DNA from: Bacillota bacterium
Lineage (GTDB): Bacteria > Bacillota > SHA-98 > UBA4971
Assembly: GCA_014360195.1 (NCBI GenBank)
Contig: JACIXY010000003.1
Coordinates: 83,692-147,691 of the forward strand
Length of the DNA: 64,000 nt
Direction: 5' to 3'
Shown here: in pieces, positions 1 to 12,375 of the stretch
Position numbering within the stretch: position 1 is the first letter of the stretch
How the letters are laid out: each line of letters starts with the position of its first letter
Translations under genes and position numbers: made by a program
The notes under the pieces: generated by a model
Databases searched by the model: none
The model's input: the letters and a program-made list of their open reading frames with translations, nothing else
What the model was told of the DNA's origin: nothing

Positions 1-1234
1 TGTTCTTGCGAGCCTTCTTGATGATCCCGTCCATCCACGCCGCGACGTCCTGCCCCTCCACGCCCTCCGGATGAAGGAAGAGGAGTATCCCGCTGGCGTG
101 GCTGGTGAGTATGTGCTTTAGCCTGTTCCTGCGGCAAAAGTCGGCCAGGATGGTGGTGGCCTGAGCCTTGGCGAGCTGGCAGGCCCGTTCGTTTTCTGCT
201 ATGTTCTCGATCCTGCTGCTGGGCCGGACATCGAAAATGGCCGCAACATACTCAAGGCTAAGATCCCAGCCGAAGGTCCTGCCCCTCGCTATAAACCTCT
301 CCTGGTCCGGCCGGTCCGTGGAGAACAGCTGGTCCAGGAACTCGGTGCGATACTTCTGCTCCACCTGGACGAGGCCGTGGTGCCGAATAATGTCGAACGA
401 GATGAGCGGACACAGGCGCTCGAGGTTGAGAAGGTCGAGCACGGTGAAGCTGCTCTCGAACTTCACCGCCTTGATGGACCCGAACTGCTCATTTGCGCTC
501 GTCACAGGCACCCGTATGACCTCAGCCCTGTAGCTGTCTCCCTCGACCTGCTCGCGCTGGAACGACAGCACCGTACCCTCTATGCTGTCGGTGAATGTCT
601 CGGTCGCAAGAAGCTCACTGGGTCGGTCCAGAAGGGCGCGGGCGAGGCCGGCCGTCCCCTTGCCCCAGCACTCTCCAGCGAGCGCCCGGCGGAGATTGAG
701 GGAGTCCTCCACAAGCACGACGGCCTTGAGCAGGTCCGCGAGGGCGCTCGCGATCTCCTCAAGGCCGCCGCCTTCCACGATGAGGTCCATGAACTTCCGG
801 TGCACAGCCATGCCCAGTTGCACAAACCTGGCTTGGCGGTTCACGATCTGCGCCAGCACCGCCGAAATAAGTTCCGAGAAGCTCACCTCGAGCGGTAACT
901 CGAGAAGCGGCAACCCGTGCTCGTCCGCGGCGTCCACCATGTGAGCGGGCACGGTGTCTATGTAGCGCTTGGGCTTGAACGCCACTGCCGCGAGGCCCTT
1001 GGCTGCAAGCCTGGGAAGGAGCGTCTTCTGGGCTTCCACATCGTCCTTGATGGGGTAACCTGTAGTAAGGAGAAGGTCCCCTTCCCTGATCCATTCCAGG
1101 ATGTCCGGCACCTCCATAACATTGACGTTGGTTACGACGCGGCCGAGCCCCTGGCGCCCTCCTATCACCTTCGCGCTGGCAAACGCCGGGAGCGTGAGGA
1201 CCTCCTCCACGGTTATGCCAACCTCGTGCAACAT
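1..1234 (-). CDS. PucR-family transcriptional regulator (3' end runs off the window)
   Basis: Manual translation from ATG at 1234 gives MLHEVGITVEEVLTLPAFASAKVIGGRQGLGRVVTNVNVMEVPDILEWIREGDLLLTTGYP, the typical PucR N-terminal domain. Not in the ORF track, presumably because its stop lies outside the window. Confidence 0.85.
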   Translation of the reverse strand, partial: MLHEVGITVEEVLTLPAFASAKVIGGRQGLGRVVTNVNVMEVPDILEWIREGDLLLTTGYPIKDDVEAQKTLLPRLAAKGLAAVAFKPKRYIDTVPAHMVDAADEHGLPLLELPLEVSFSELISAVLAQIVNRQARFVQLGMAVHRKFMDLIVEGGGLEEIASALADLLKAVVLVEDSLNLRRALAGECWGKGTAGLARALLDRPSELLATETFTDSIEGTVLSFQREQVEGDSYRAEVIRVPVTSANEQFGSIKAVKFESSFTVLDLLNLERLCPLISFDIIRHHGLVQVEQKYRTEFLDQLFSTDRPDQERFIARGRTFGWDLSLEYVAAIFDVRPSSRIENIAENERACQLAKAQATTILADFCRRNRLKHILTSHASGILLFLHPEGVEGQDVAAWMDGIIKKARKN

Positions 1235-1370
1235 GGCGCAAACACCTCGCAGAGCCTGTTTGTGTTCGGGTGGAGAGAATCCTGCGACGTCGTTCCTTCT
1301 GTGCTTGAGTATTTTAAGAACTTCGACACAGAGCGCTGCCTTTCCTCCGACGCGTCCCCAGTATCAGGTA

Positions 1371-1490
1371 AGTAAGGGTGCGTTAGTCTTTGTCCATCTT
1401 CCAGCCGTTGCCAGGTTGCCGGTGTTGCACTTTCTCTTTGGGTCACCGGCAACCCCTCCCAAGAGCCGGGAGCATTTCCGCACCCTCACT
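1371..1490. mobile_element. 120-bp MITE copy (TA-flanked)
   Basis: Terminal inverted repeats AGTAAGGGTGCG...CGCACCCTCACT, TA on both sides, internal palindrome GGTTGCCGGTG...CACCGGCAACC. Same length as the copies at 38443 and 62801. Confidence 0.85.
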
Positions 1491-1726
1491 TACCAGGCCA
1501 TGCTCGACCGCAAGGAGGTACGGCCAAACCCACGAGGCTCGTCGCAAGTTGCCATAAAGCACGAGTCGAAACTTTATGAACTATATCCAAAGGACACACC
1601 AGGGACGCGAGTAATTAGTGTAATGAGAGTGTCGAAGTGTCGAATCAGGCCACCTCTGGTTGACATTGTTGGAGTCGAGTCGCGTTGCCGTAAGAAGCCA
1701 ATGACACGAGAAGGAGGATTCCAGGG

Positions 1727-2401
1727 ATGATCGTTGACAAGCTGGAGCAGTCCCTTCGCCCGCCCGAGACAAATATGCCCCCGTATCCGCCCAAGTACAT
1801 CACGCTTGCGTCCGGCGAGAAGATGGTGGTCCACCAGGCCAGCCGAGAAGATGTCCCGCGACTTCTCGAGGCCGTAAGGCCTCTCGTGACGGTTGAGAAG
1901 GACTTCTACGACATCGTGGCCGCCCGCCTTTACGCCGAACTCCTGGCCTATCAGCGCTATCGCGTTAAGGACGAGTACGTTCTGGTAGGCACCATCGACG
2001 GCGTCATCGTCGGCATCGTCAATGGTCGGATGGTCGACGACAAGGTCGGGATGTCCTATCATACCGTGGCCATCAAGCGGGGTCTTCGAATCGGAGCCCA
2101 GCTCTTCGCTGCCAAAATGGAATACCACATGGACTACCTGGGCCAGCAGGAAGTGCTCATCGTCGCGGAAAGCCCCATCGGGTATCGGCGGTGGATGATC
2201 GAGTATGAGCTCGAGAGCAGGCCCAGCACCTGGCACGAGCTTGGCGGCGTTCCAACGCACGTTCTCACGAAGGCCCTCTGGGAAAAGCACAAGCCCATGA
2301 AGTGCACGGGCCGTCGCCCTGTGCCTCCCGAGATGCTTGAGGTCGCGAAGAAGCTGATTCTGCCCTCCGAGTATCCTCAGATTCCAGGCTTCAAGCGCTA
2401 A
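1727..2401 (+). CDS. GNAT-like N-acetyltransferase
   Basis: 224 aa; AAGGAGG RBS upstream; GNAT-like pattern (VLVGTIDGVIVGIV...RGLRIGAQLF). Confidence 0.65.
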   Translation: MIVDKLEQSLRPPETNMPPYPPKYITLASGEKMVVHQASREDVPRLLEAVRPLVTVEKDFYDIVAARLYAELLAYQRYRVKDEYVLVGTIDGVIVGIVNGRMVDDKVGMSYHTVAIKRGLRIGAQLFAAKMEYHMDYLGQQEVLIVAESPIGYRRWMIEYELESRPSTWHELGGVPTHVLTKALWEKHKPMKCTGRRPVPPEMLEVAKKLILPSEYPQIPGFKR

Positions 2402-2414
2402 GAAAGGTGGGATC

Positions 2415-3608
2415 GTGGTGAGGAAGGTTGGAATCGCCGGGGTAGGCCACACGAAGTTCGGGCGCTCCGAGGTCTCCCTCGTCGACATGCTTGCCCTCGC
2501 CGCCCTGGAGGCGCTCGACGACGCGGGGATCAGGACAGGAAGGAGACACGGCGTGGACCAGGTGTTCGTGGCGTCGATGGGTGCCGGGATCCTTAACCGC
2601 CAGAGCAGCGTCGCGTCGGCCCTCGTGGACACCCTCAACCTACAGCCTGCAATGGCCGAGACCGTCGAGAACGGCCCTGCTTCCGGCGCGTCCGCCGTGA
2701 AGCTGGGGTACATGGCCATCGCAAGCGGCATGTGTGACGTAGCTCTGGTGGTCGGCGGCGAGCTCATGCGAGTTGTGACCGGCTGGGAGGCCACCGACTT
2801 CGTCGCCACAATGCTTCACCCTGACGCAGAGTACGCGTATGGCCTTACGCTCCCTGCTTTCGCGGGCATGTTCACCAGGCTCTACATGGACAAGTACGGC
2901 GTGACGGAGAAGGACCTCGCCATGGTCGCGGTGAAAAACCACGAGCACGCCATGCACAACCCGGTGGCCCATATACAGCTCGTTCCAAGCTTCCATGCGA
3001 TCATCGAGGACGAGGACGCCCCCGTCATCAACCCGTATGTCGCGGAGCCCCTCCGTGTGTATGACGTGTGCCCGGTCTCCGACGGCGCAGCCGCCGTGGT
3101 GCTATGCGCCATGGACCTTGCAGACCGGTTCCGGAAGAAGCCCGTCAGGATCGCCGGGATCGGCCAAGCTACCGACACTCACGTGGTGGCGGAGCGCGAG
3201 GTTCCTACGGACCTGCTTGCGGTGCGCCTCGCTGCCCAACGCGCATACGCCATGGCTGGCCTCAAGCCCGAAGATATCGACGTGGCAGAGCTGCATGACG
3301 CCTTTACAATACTCGAAATAGCCATATCAGAAGAGGCCGGCCTCTTCCCGAAAGGCGAAGGTCATCTCGCGGTTCGGCGCGGCGAGACCCGTGTGGGCGG
3401 GAGGATCCCCATCAACACCTCGGGTGGGCTCAAGGCCAAAGGGCATCCGCTGGGAGCAACAGGTGTCTCGCAGATCGTAGAACTCGTGCGCCAGCTCCGT
3501 GGGGAAGCAGGCGGCCGGCAGGTCGAGGGCGCAAGGCACGGCCTCGCCGTCAACTTCGGCGGCTTCGGGAACAACGTGGTCGCCACGATTCTGTCGAAGG
3601 AGGAGTGA
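2415..3608 (+). CDS. Thiolase-fold protein (SCP2/archaeal type) lacking the catalytic cysteines
   Basis: GVGHTKFG, DGAAA, NTSGGLKAKGHPLGATG motifs. The nucleophile loop reads VENGPASG rather than xACASG, and ELHDAF replaces HDCF. Confidence 0.85.
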   Translation: MVRKVGIAGVGHTKFGRSEVSLVDMLALAALEALDDAGIRTGRRHGVDQVFVASMGAGILNRQSSVASALVDTLNLQPAMAETVENGPASGASAVKLGYMAIASGMCDVALVVGGELMRVVTGWEATDFVATMLHPDAEYAYGLTLPAFAGMFTRLYMDKYGVTEKDLAMVAVKNHEHAMHNPVAHIQLVPSFHAIIEDEDAPVINPYVAEPLRVYDVCPVSDGAAAVVLCAMDLADRFRKKPVRIAGIGQATDTHVVAEREVPTDLLAVRLAAQRAYAMAGLKPEDIDVAELHDAFTILEIAISEEAGLFPKGEGHLAVRRGETRVGGRIPINTSGGLKAKGHPLGATGVSQIVELVRQLRGEAGGRQVEGARHGLAVNFGGFGNNVVATILSKEE

Positions 3609-3615
3609 GCAAGCC

Positions 3616-3963
3616 ATGGAGCCAGGCATGTACGCGTACAGGTGCACGGCGTGCGGGAAGCTGTTCCACCCCGCGCGGGCAGTCTGCCGAGAATGTGGCG
3701 GTCGCGAGTTCGAGGCCGTTCCCCTTGAGGGCGAGGGCACGCTCCTCACATACACAAGGGTGTACGCCCTGCCCGAGGGCTACATGAAGCCGTGGCTTGG
3801 ATTCGGCATCGTGGAGTTCCCGAACGGCGTCCGCGTCTCCGGCCAGATGAACACAGAGGACCTCGCTGTTGGGATGAAGGTCAGGGCAACGGTGGGCACG
3901 GTCAAAGAGGGCGTTGGCAGAGACTACTACGGTTTCATCTTCGAGAAAGCGGCCCAAGCGTAA
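3616..3963 (+). CDS. DUF35 Zn-ribbon/OB-fold protein (thiolase partner)
   Basis: CTACG...CRECG zinc ribbon followed by GTLLTYT OB-fold; AGGAG RBS; directly follows the thiolase-fold gene. Confidence 0.85.
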   Translation: MEPGMYAYRCTACGKLFHPARAVCRECGGREFEAVPLEGEGTLLTYTRVYALPEGYMKPWLGFGIVEFPNGVRVSGQMNTEDLAVGMKVRATVGTVKEGVGRDYYGFIFEKAAQA

Positions 3964-3982
3964 ACAGGATACCCGCCACCTT

Positions 3983-4100
3983 GGTGAGCGTTCATAAGTT
4001 CGTCCACTTCCACTGCGTCTAGTGGGTTGCCGGTGTCGGACTCTCTCTTTGAGTCACCGGCAACCCGTCCCAAAGTTGGGAGGATCTTTGCACCATCACA
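3983..4100. mobile_element. Degenerate MITE copy
   Basis: Core GGGTTGCCGGTG...CACCGGCAACCC at about 4024-4066, right arm ending GCACCATCACA followed by TA; left arm decayed. Confidence 0.7.
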
Positions 4101-4247
4101 TAGAGGTACGGCGCCTGGAGGAGAATGTCTTGACGAAACTCGCCCGCAGGTAAGCAGCGGAGTTCCAACGGCCCAATGTACGAACGCCGACACCCCGCCA
4201 AGAAATCCCGCGCGCCGAAAACACTTCTCACGCGCGCCACACCATAG

Positions 4248-4703
<456 letters not shown>

Positions 4704-4732
4704 CTTTCTCCGGTCGACCTTGGGGGGTTCTC

Positions 4733-5248
4733 ATGCGCCTCGACTACACGTACATCTTCCAGATACTCAACTTCATCGTCTTGTTTCTCCTCCTTCGCCG
4801 TTACCTCTTCGGTCCCGTGAAAGCGTACCTGGAACGGCGGGAACAGTATATCCGCGAGCGGATTTCAGCAGCGGAGAACGACAGAGAGCACGCCGCAAGG
4901 CTCAAGGAAGAGCTCGAATCCGAGATTTCCCAGGCCCGGGCGAAGGCGAGCGAAATCACGGAGGAAGCCAGGCGCGCGTCCGACCAGATCCGGGCCGATG
5001 CCCGCAAGCTGGCCGCCGAGGAAGCCTCGCGCATCGTGGCCCGTGCCCGTGAAGAGCTTGCCCGCGAGAAGGAGCGGGCTTTCCAGGAGATCCGCAAGCA
5101 GGTGGTGGACCTCTCGGTCGCCGTCGCATCGCAAGCGATCCGGGACGCACTCGACCCAGAGACGCTGCGTCAGGTTGCGTCCATGGCCGCGCGCGACATC
5201 GTCGAGGCGAAACTCGGAGGCAAGGTTTACGGAGGCAAGGTCTCATGA
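4733..5248 (+). CDS. atpF: F0F1 ATP synthase subunit b
   Basis: N-terminal TM segment (QILNFIVLFLLL..LFGP) followed by a charged coiled coil; operon position. Confidence 0.9.
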   Translation: MRLDYTYIFQILNFIVLFLLLRRYLFGPVKAYLERREQYIRERISAAENDREHAARLKEELESEISQARAKASEITEEARRASDQIRADARKLAAEEASRIVARAREELAREKERAFQEIRKQVVDLSVAVASQAIRDALDPETLRQVASMAARDIVEAKLGGKVYGGKVS

Positions 5249-5904
5249 CCGCTCTCGATCCTGGCACGCTCGCGAAAGCCCTGCTCTCTATAGCGAGGGA
5301 ACGCCTTGATCCCCAGACTGTCGCAGACGAGCTGGCAGAGGTCACGAGAATCCTCGCGTCAGTGCCGCTTCTCAAGCGAACTCTAGCTGACCCCGGTATT
5401 CGTGCCGAGGAGAGGCGATCCGTTGTCTCGGATGCCCTGGGCAACTTCCTCTCACCCGTCACCCTCGGCCTCCTTGACCTGCTCATAGACGAAAACCAGG
5501 TAGACACGGTCAGCGCGGTGGCCGACGTGTACCGGAGGCTCCTCGACGAAGACAGGGGAATAGTGCGCGCACGTGTGACGAGCGCGGTCAAGCTTTCGCC
5601 GGTCGACGTAGAAGCGCTCCGGGCGGGCCTTGCCAAGAAGCTCGGCGGCCACGTCGTCATCGAGCAGGAGGTGGATCCAGGGATCCTGGGCGGCCTTATA
5701 GTGCAGGTGGGAGATACCGTGTTCGACGGTAGCATCGCCGGCCGCATCCGCAAGCTGCGTGAGGAGCTCGAGACCCCTCCCCCCGCAAGTGGTGAACCAT
5801 CGCCAGCCCCCGGAACCGGAACAGCCCCCGGAACCGGAACAGCCCCCGGAACCGGAACACCGCCGACGCCGGCAGGGCCATCTGCAGTACCACCGGGAGA
5901 GTGA
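5245..5904 (+). CDS. atpH: F1 subunit delta with Pro/Gly/Thr-rich tail
   Basis: VTSAVKL...[22 protein letters not shown]; ATGA overlap with atpF. Confidence 0.92.
   Translation: MTALDPGTLAKALLSIARERLDPQTVADELAEVTRILASVPLLKRTLADPGIRAEERRSVVSDALGNFLSPVTLGLLDLLIDENQVDTVSAVADVYRRLLDEDRGIVRARVTSAVKLSPVDVEALRAGLAKKLGGHVVIEQEVDPGILGGLIVQVGDTVFDGSIAGRIRKLREELETPPPASGEPSPAPGTGTAPGTGTAPGTGTPPTPAGPSAVPPGE
5804..5857 (+). repeat. 18-bp tandem repeat x3 (CAGCCCCCGGAACCGGAA) in the atpH tail
   Basis: Three perfect units encoding (APGTGT)n. Confidence 0.9.
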
Positions 5905-7496
5905 CGTGCTTGGAACTTTCGCCTGAGGCTGTGGCATCAGCGATACGGGCCCGCCTCGCCGAGATACGCCCCGGGATCGACGTGTACACCCAGGGAACGG
6001 TGATCGAGGTAGGCGACGGGATCGCACGTCTTTCCGGGCTCCGGGGCGCCATGATGGGCGAGCTTGTGGACTTTCCGCACGGGGCGGTGGGGATAATCCT
6101 CAACCTCGAGGAAGACACGGTTGGAGTTGCCCTCCTGGGTTCCGACGTGGACGTCAAAGAGGGCGACACGGTGCGCGGCACCGGCCGGGTCATCGAGGTA
6201 CCCGTCGGGACCGCCGTGGTGGGCAGAGTGGTGAACGCCCTCGGATTGCCTATCGATGGAAAGGGCCCGATCAACGCCCCGACTCGCCGACCCATAGAGC
6301 ACCCGGCCCCCGGCATCGCCGTGCGCACGCCCGTGTCAGAGCCCCTCCAGACAGGGATCCTCGCCATTGATTCCATGATCCCCATCGGGCGCGGTCAGAG
6401 GGAGCTCATCATAGGCGACAGGCAGACCGGGAAGACGGCCATCGCCGTCGATACCATCCTGAACCAGCGGGGCAAGGACATCATCTGCATATACGTGGCG
6501 ATCGGACAAAAACGCTCCACCATCGCAAAGCTGGTCAAACTCTTCGAGGAGGAGGGGGCTATGGACTACACGACCGTGGTGGCGGCTTCCGCGAGCGAGC
6601 TTGCGCCGCTGCAGTACATCGCACCGTACGCCGGCTGCGCCATGGCCGAAGAGTTCATGTACACCGGTCGCCACGCGCTTATTGTATACGACGACCTCTC
6701 TAAACACGCCATAGCGTACAGGGCCACGTCCCTTCTTCTCAGGCGACCGCCAGGGCGGGAAGCCTTCCCCGGTGACGTCTTCTATCTCCACTCGCGGCTC
6801 CTCGAGCGTTCAGCAAAGCTGGCGCCCGCGCTTGGCGGCGGCTCCATGACAGCCCTCCCAATAGTCGAGACGCTCGCGGGCGACGTGTCGGCCTACATAC
6901 CAACCAACGTCATCTCCATCACCGACGGCCAGATATACCTCGAAAGCGAGCTTTTCTTCTCAGGGGTGAGGCCCGCGGTCAACGTGGGGCTCTCCGTGTC
7001 GCGCGTCGGAGGCGAAGCCCAGTTACCCGCGATGAAGAAGGTCGCCGGAAGGTTGCGCCTCGACCTCGCCCAGTACCGGGAGCTTGCCGAGTTCGCGCAG
7101 TTCGGCACGGAGCTTGACCCTGAGACCAGAGCCAGGCTGGAGAAGGGAAAGCGCATCGTGGAGGTACTGAAGCAGCCGCAGTACCAGCCAATGCCCGTGG
7201 AGGACCAGGTGATGCTCATATTCGCCGTGGTACGCCGCCACCTCGATGACGTGCCAGTGGAAGCCATTGCGTCTTTCAAGACCGAATTCATCGAGCACAT
7301 GCACCGGGCGCACCCGGAGATAGCCCAGGCTATCGCCTCAGGGAAGGACTTCGATGACGATCTCGAGGCGCGTCTTACGTCGGCAATAAGGGAGTTCAAG
7401 GAAGTATTCACGCCGAAAGGCGTGGAGGGGCCCGTCGAAACCTCCCCCAGGAAAGCTCAAGGCGCCATAGAAAGCCAGGTCATCGAGGGAGCGTGA
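5901..7496 (+). CDS. atpA: F1 subunit alpha
   Basis: [46 protein letters not shown]. Confidence 0.98.
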   Translation: MTCLELSPEAVASAIRARLAEIRPGIDVYTQGTVIEVGDGIARLSGLRGAMMGELVDFPHGAVGIILNLEEDTVGVALLGSDVDVKEGDTVRGTGRVIEVPVGTAVVGRVVNALGLPIDGKGPINAPTRRPIEHPAPGIAVRTPVSEPLQTGILAIDSMIPIGRGQRELIIGDRQTGKTAIAVDTILNQRGKDIICIYVAIGQKRSTIAKLVKLFEEEGAMDYTTVVAASASELAPLQYIAPYAGCAMAEEFMYTGRHALIVYDDLSKHAIAYRATSLLLRRPPGREAFPGDVFYLHSRLLERSAKLAPALGGGSMTALPIVETLAGDVSAYIPTNVISITDGQIYLESELFFSGVRPAVNVGLSVSRVGGEAQLPAMKKVAGRLRLDLAQYRELAEFAQFGTELDPETRARLEKGKRIVEVLKQPQYQPMPVEDQVMLIFAVVRRHLDDVPVEAIASFKTEFIEHMHRAHPEIAQAIASGKDFDDDLEARLTSAIREFKEVFTPKGVEGPVETSPRKAQGAIESQVIEGA

Positions 7497-7505
7497 CCAG
7501 GCCGC

Positions 7506-8462
7506 ATGGAGGAGCTTCGCGACCTTCGCCGCAGGATACGCAGCGTCCGGAGCACACAGCAGATCACCCGCGCCATGTCTCTCGTGGCTTCCACGCGGCT
7601 GCGCCGGATCGAGAGGTTTGTCGAACCCGCTCGCACTTATGCCGAGACCCTCCGGCGCATCGTCCTTGACATCGCCGCGAGAACCCCGCCGTGGGCTCAT
7701 CCGCTCCTCAAGCCGAAGGAGGCGGTGACCCGGGCATATCTCGTCATAACTTCCGATAGGGGTCTTGCGGGCGGCTACAACGCGGAGATCCTGCGGCGAG
7801 CAACTGACCTCCTCGGAGCAGCGAACCTCATACCAGGCCACGTGGTGGTGGTAGCCGGCAGGAAGGGCCGGGACTTCTTCCGGAGGCGGGGCCCACGACC
7901 GGTCAGGGAGTACGTCCACCTCCCCGACACTCCTGACGAAGCGCTCGCCCGGCACATCTCCGAGGGCCTGCTCGCGGATTATTTCGAAGGCCGGATAGAC
8001 TCAGTGCACATGGTATTCGCGAGGTTCGTGTCCCGGGGTTCGTACCAGCCCGACGTCGTGCAATTGCTGCCTGTAGAGGGGGCACAACACGCCGGCTACC
8101 AGGACCAGACCCGGATCCCCGTCACCCACAACGAAGGCGACCGGAATGAGGTGATTGGCCGGAACAACGGCACCCGTGACAGGGAAAGGCCGAACGGCCC
8201 GCACCTGCCTTTTACGTATGAGCCTTCGCCCGAGTCCGTCCTCGACAGGCTCTTCCCCCACTATCTAGTGTCCGCGGTGTACGCAGCGCTCGTGGAGGCC
8301 AAGGCCAGCGAGCTTGCGGCGAGGACCATCGCTATGGACTCGGCCACCGACAACGCGGGGGAGCTTATAGAGAGGCTCACGCTCACCTATAACCGGGCGA
8401 GGCAGGCCGAGATCACGCAGGAGATCTCGGAGATCGCCACCGGCGCGGAGAGCCTCCGCTGA
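7506..8462 (+). CDS. atpG: F1 subunit gamma
   Basis: RIRSVRSTQQITRAM, ITSDRGLAG, YNRARQAEITQEISEI. Confidence 0.97.
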   Translation: MEELRDLRRRIRSVRSTQQITRAMSLVASTRLRRIERFVEPARTYAETLRRIVLDIAARTPPWAHPLLKPKEAVTRAYLVITSDRGLAGGYNAEILRRATDLLGAANLIPGHVVVVAGRKGRDFFRRRGPRPVREYVHLPDTPDEALARHISEGLLADYFEGRIDSVHMVFARFVSRGSYQPDVVQLLPVEGAQHAGYQDQTRIPVTHNEGDRNEVIGRNNGTRDRERPNGPHLPFTYEPSPESVLDRLFPHYLVSAVYAALVEAKASELAARTIAMDSATDNAGELIERLTLTYNRARQAEITQEISEIATGAESLR

Positions 8463-8506
8463 GCGCCGCCTCTGAGGCCGCACTGGTTTCCCCGTGCAGT
8501 CCGTGA

Positions 8507-10264
<1,758 letters not shown>

Positions 10265-10297
10265 AAGCGCGATCATGCACGCGATCATGGAGGTGAG

Positions 10298-10564
10298 ATG
10301 GTGAGCGACTTCGCATTGCGCATTCTCACGCGACAAGAGACGGTCCTGGCAACCCGGGTGACCTCAGTCTTGATTCCAGGCTCCGAAGGGGACTTCCAGG
10401 TCCTCGGCAACCACGCACCAATCGTGTCGGCCCTCCGCCCAGGGAGAATCGTCGCGGCCTGCAACGGGGAGCAGAAAGATGTCGAGGTGACCGGGGGCTT
10501 CGTCGTCGTCACGCCCGACCACGTCGATGTGCTCGTGGACCTCGCCGACCTCACGCCTGGATGA
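10298..10564 (+). CDS. atpC: F1 subunit epsilon, N-terminal domain only (88 aa)
   Basis: PGSEGDFQVLGNHAP...VTGGFV; GGAGGTG RBS; last gene of the operon. Confidence 0.85.
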   Translation: MVSDFALRILTRQETVLATRVTSVLIPGSEGDFQVLGNHAPIVSALRPGRIVAACNGEQKDVEVTGGFVVVTPDHVDVLVDLADLTPG

Positions 10565-12317
10565 CGCGGTTCCGCCCCTCCCTCTTTCCACGGTAACATG
10601 CCATGTCCGCAAGGTATATGAGGTCCTTCTGGGTTCTGGCGTCCGTGGGATACGTGGCAACCCCCACCGTGACGGTGACGCGCCCGCTTGGTATCTGGTC
10701 CTCGTTAGGGAACGGGTATGCCTCTATTCTCGCCCTGATCTTCTCAGCCACCTTGAGCGCGTGCGCCTTCTGCGCCTCCAGGAGTATGACCACGAACTCT
10801 TCCCCGCCATACCTTGCCACAATGTCGGTCGAACGAACGGACCTCGTGAGGAGCCTCGCCACAGCTTTCAGCGCGGCATCGCCTGCCGGATGCCCCAGCA
10901 CGTCGTTATACTGCTTGAAATCGTCGATGTCGATCATCAGCAGAGATAGATAGCGTCCGTAGCGCTCGCACCTCGCCAGCTCCTCCGCAAGTCTCTCCTG
11001 GAAATGCCTGTGGTTGAAAAGCCCTGTGACCGAGTCTGTGATGGCCAGCCTCTCGGCTATCCGATGTAGCCGCGTCACTTCGGCAAGCTGCCTGTCGAGC
11101 TTGGCGTTGACCCGCCTGAGCTCCGCCTCGCTCTTTTCGAGCAACTCGTTCTTCACCTTAAGCTCGCGGTACAGCCTCGCGTTCTCTATGGCGATAGCCG
11201 CCTGCGTGCCGATGGTGCACATGATCCGCACGTGGTCTTCCTCGAAACGCTGGGTGTAGCTCTGTACCGACATCACTCCGATGACCCTGTTCTGCACCGA
11301 AAGCGGCACTGCGATCACCGATAGCGGCTTATCTCCCAGTGTGATGGCCTCAGCAGGCACGTGCTTCATGTCCCTGGCCGAATCCCTTATGAAGAGGGGC
11401 TTGCCCGACTTTATCACCCACTCGGTGAGACCCTTCCCGGTGGGATAGGGCCGTGTGAAACTGGCCACGCGCACGCCATGGTCCACGACCATCTCGAACC
11501 TGATCTCGGAAGCCTGTTCGTCAAAGAGGGCCACGAAGAACGATTCGTTGCCGATGATCGCCGCCACCTGCTCGTACATGACCTCGAGCAGCGCCGGAAA
11601 GTCAAGCACGGAGGTGGTCGCTACCGCCACTTTGTATATGCTCATCATCTCAGCAGCAAACCGGCGGGCCTCCTCGGTCTGGCGGCGCAGCTCCTCCTCA
11701 AGCTGCCTCCTCTGGGTCATGTCGCGCACTACGCCCTGAATCCCCACGGGGGCGCCTTCCTTCCGGATGACGCTCGTGTTGATCTGGCAGTATACGGACT
11801 TGCCACCGCATCCCGCTAGCTCCACGTCGAGCATCTGGCAATCACGGGACATGCTGCCCGGCGAGAGGGCCGCGGCGACCTCATCGTGGCTCGTGTCGGC
11901 CACCACCTCGAAGATCCTCCGGCCTACTAGCTCGTGAGCACCGCACCCGAGCATCGCCGCAAAGGGCTCGTTTACATACGTGATCGTGCCGTCGAGATCG
12001 GCGACGAACATCCCGTCGCTCGCGTTCTCAATGAGCTGCCGGTACTTGGCTTCCGATTCGGAGAGGTCCCTGATGGTGGCCCTCACCTTCCTGCTGAGGG
12101 CCCTGTTGGCCGCAACCGTGGCGACGATGACGAAAAGGAGCGCCCCGAGGACCGTCAGAGCCATGAAGTGAGCCATGGACATCTGCTGCTGACTCGCGAA
12201 AAGCGGGCCTTCGATCGGCAGAGCAAAAGCCATGCCGAAAGCGGAAGCGGAGCAGCCTGCGACCGCCCCCGGGCAGGGAAATGGACGCACCCATCCTGTG
12301 GCTGATCCCGGCATCAT
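10551..12317 (-). CDS. Membrane-anchored PAS-GAF-GGDEF diguanylate cyclase
   Basis: TM segment, PAS (YVNEPFAAMLG), GAF (AIAIENARL), RSTD I-site plus GGEEF. Confidence 0.92.
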   Translation of the reverse strand: MMPGSATGWVRPFPCPGAVAGCSASAFGMAFALPIEGPLFASQQQMSMAHFMALTVLGALLFVIVATVAANRALSRKVRATIRDLSESEAKYRQLIENASDGMFVADLDGTITYVNEPFAAMLGCGAHELVGRRIFEVVADTSHDEVAAALSPGSMSRDCQMLDVELAGCGGKSVYCQINTSVIRKEGAPVGIQGVVRDMTQRRQLEEELRRQTEEARRFAAEMMSIYKVAVATTSVLDFPALLEVMYEQVAAIIGNESFFVALFDEQASEIRFEMVVDHGVRVASFTRPYPTGKGLTEWVIKSGKPLFIRDSARDMKHVPAEAITLGDKPLSVIAVPLSVQNRVIGVMSVQSYTQRFEEDHVRIMCTIGTQAAIAIENARLYRELKVKNELLEKSEAELRRVNAKLDRQLAEVTRLHRIAERLAITDSVTGLFNHRHFQERLAEELARCERYGRYLSLLMIDIDDFKQYNDVLGHPAGDAALKAVARLLTRSVRSTDIVARYGGEEFVVILLEAQKAHALKVAEKIRARIEAYPFPNEDQIPSGRVTVTVGVATYPTDARTQKDLIYLADMACYRGKREGRNRVIQA

Positions 12318-12375
12318 CCCCACCTCCTCCGTGGCCCTCGAGGCCCGCAAGATCCTTCGAAAGCCGTGCTACCCC

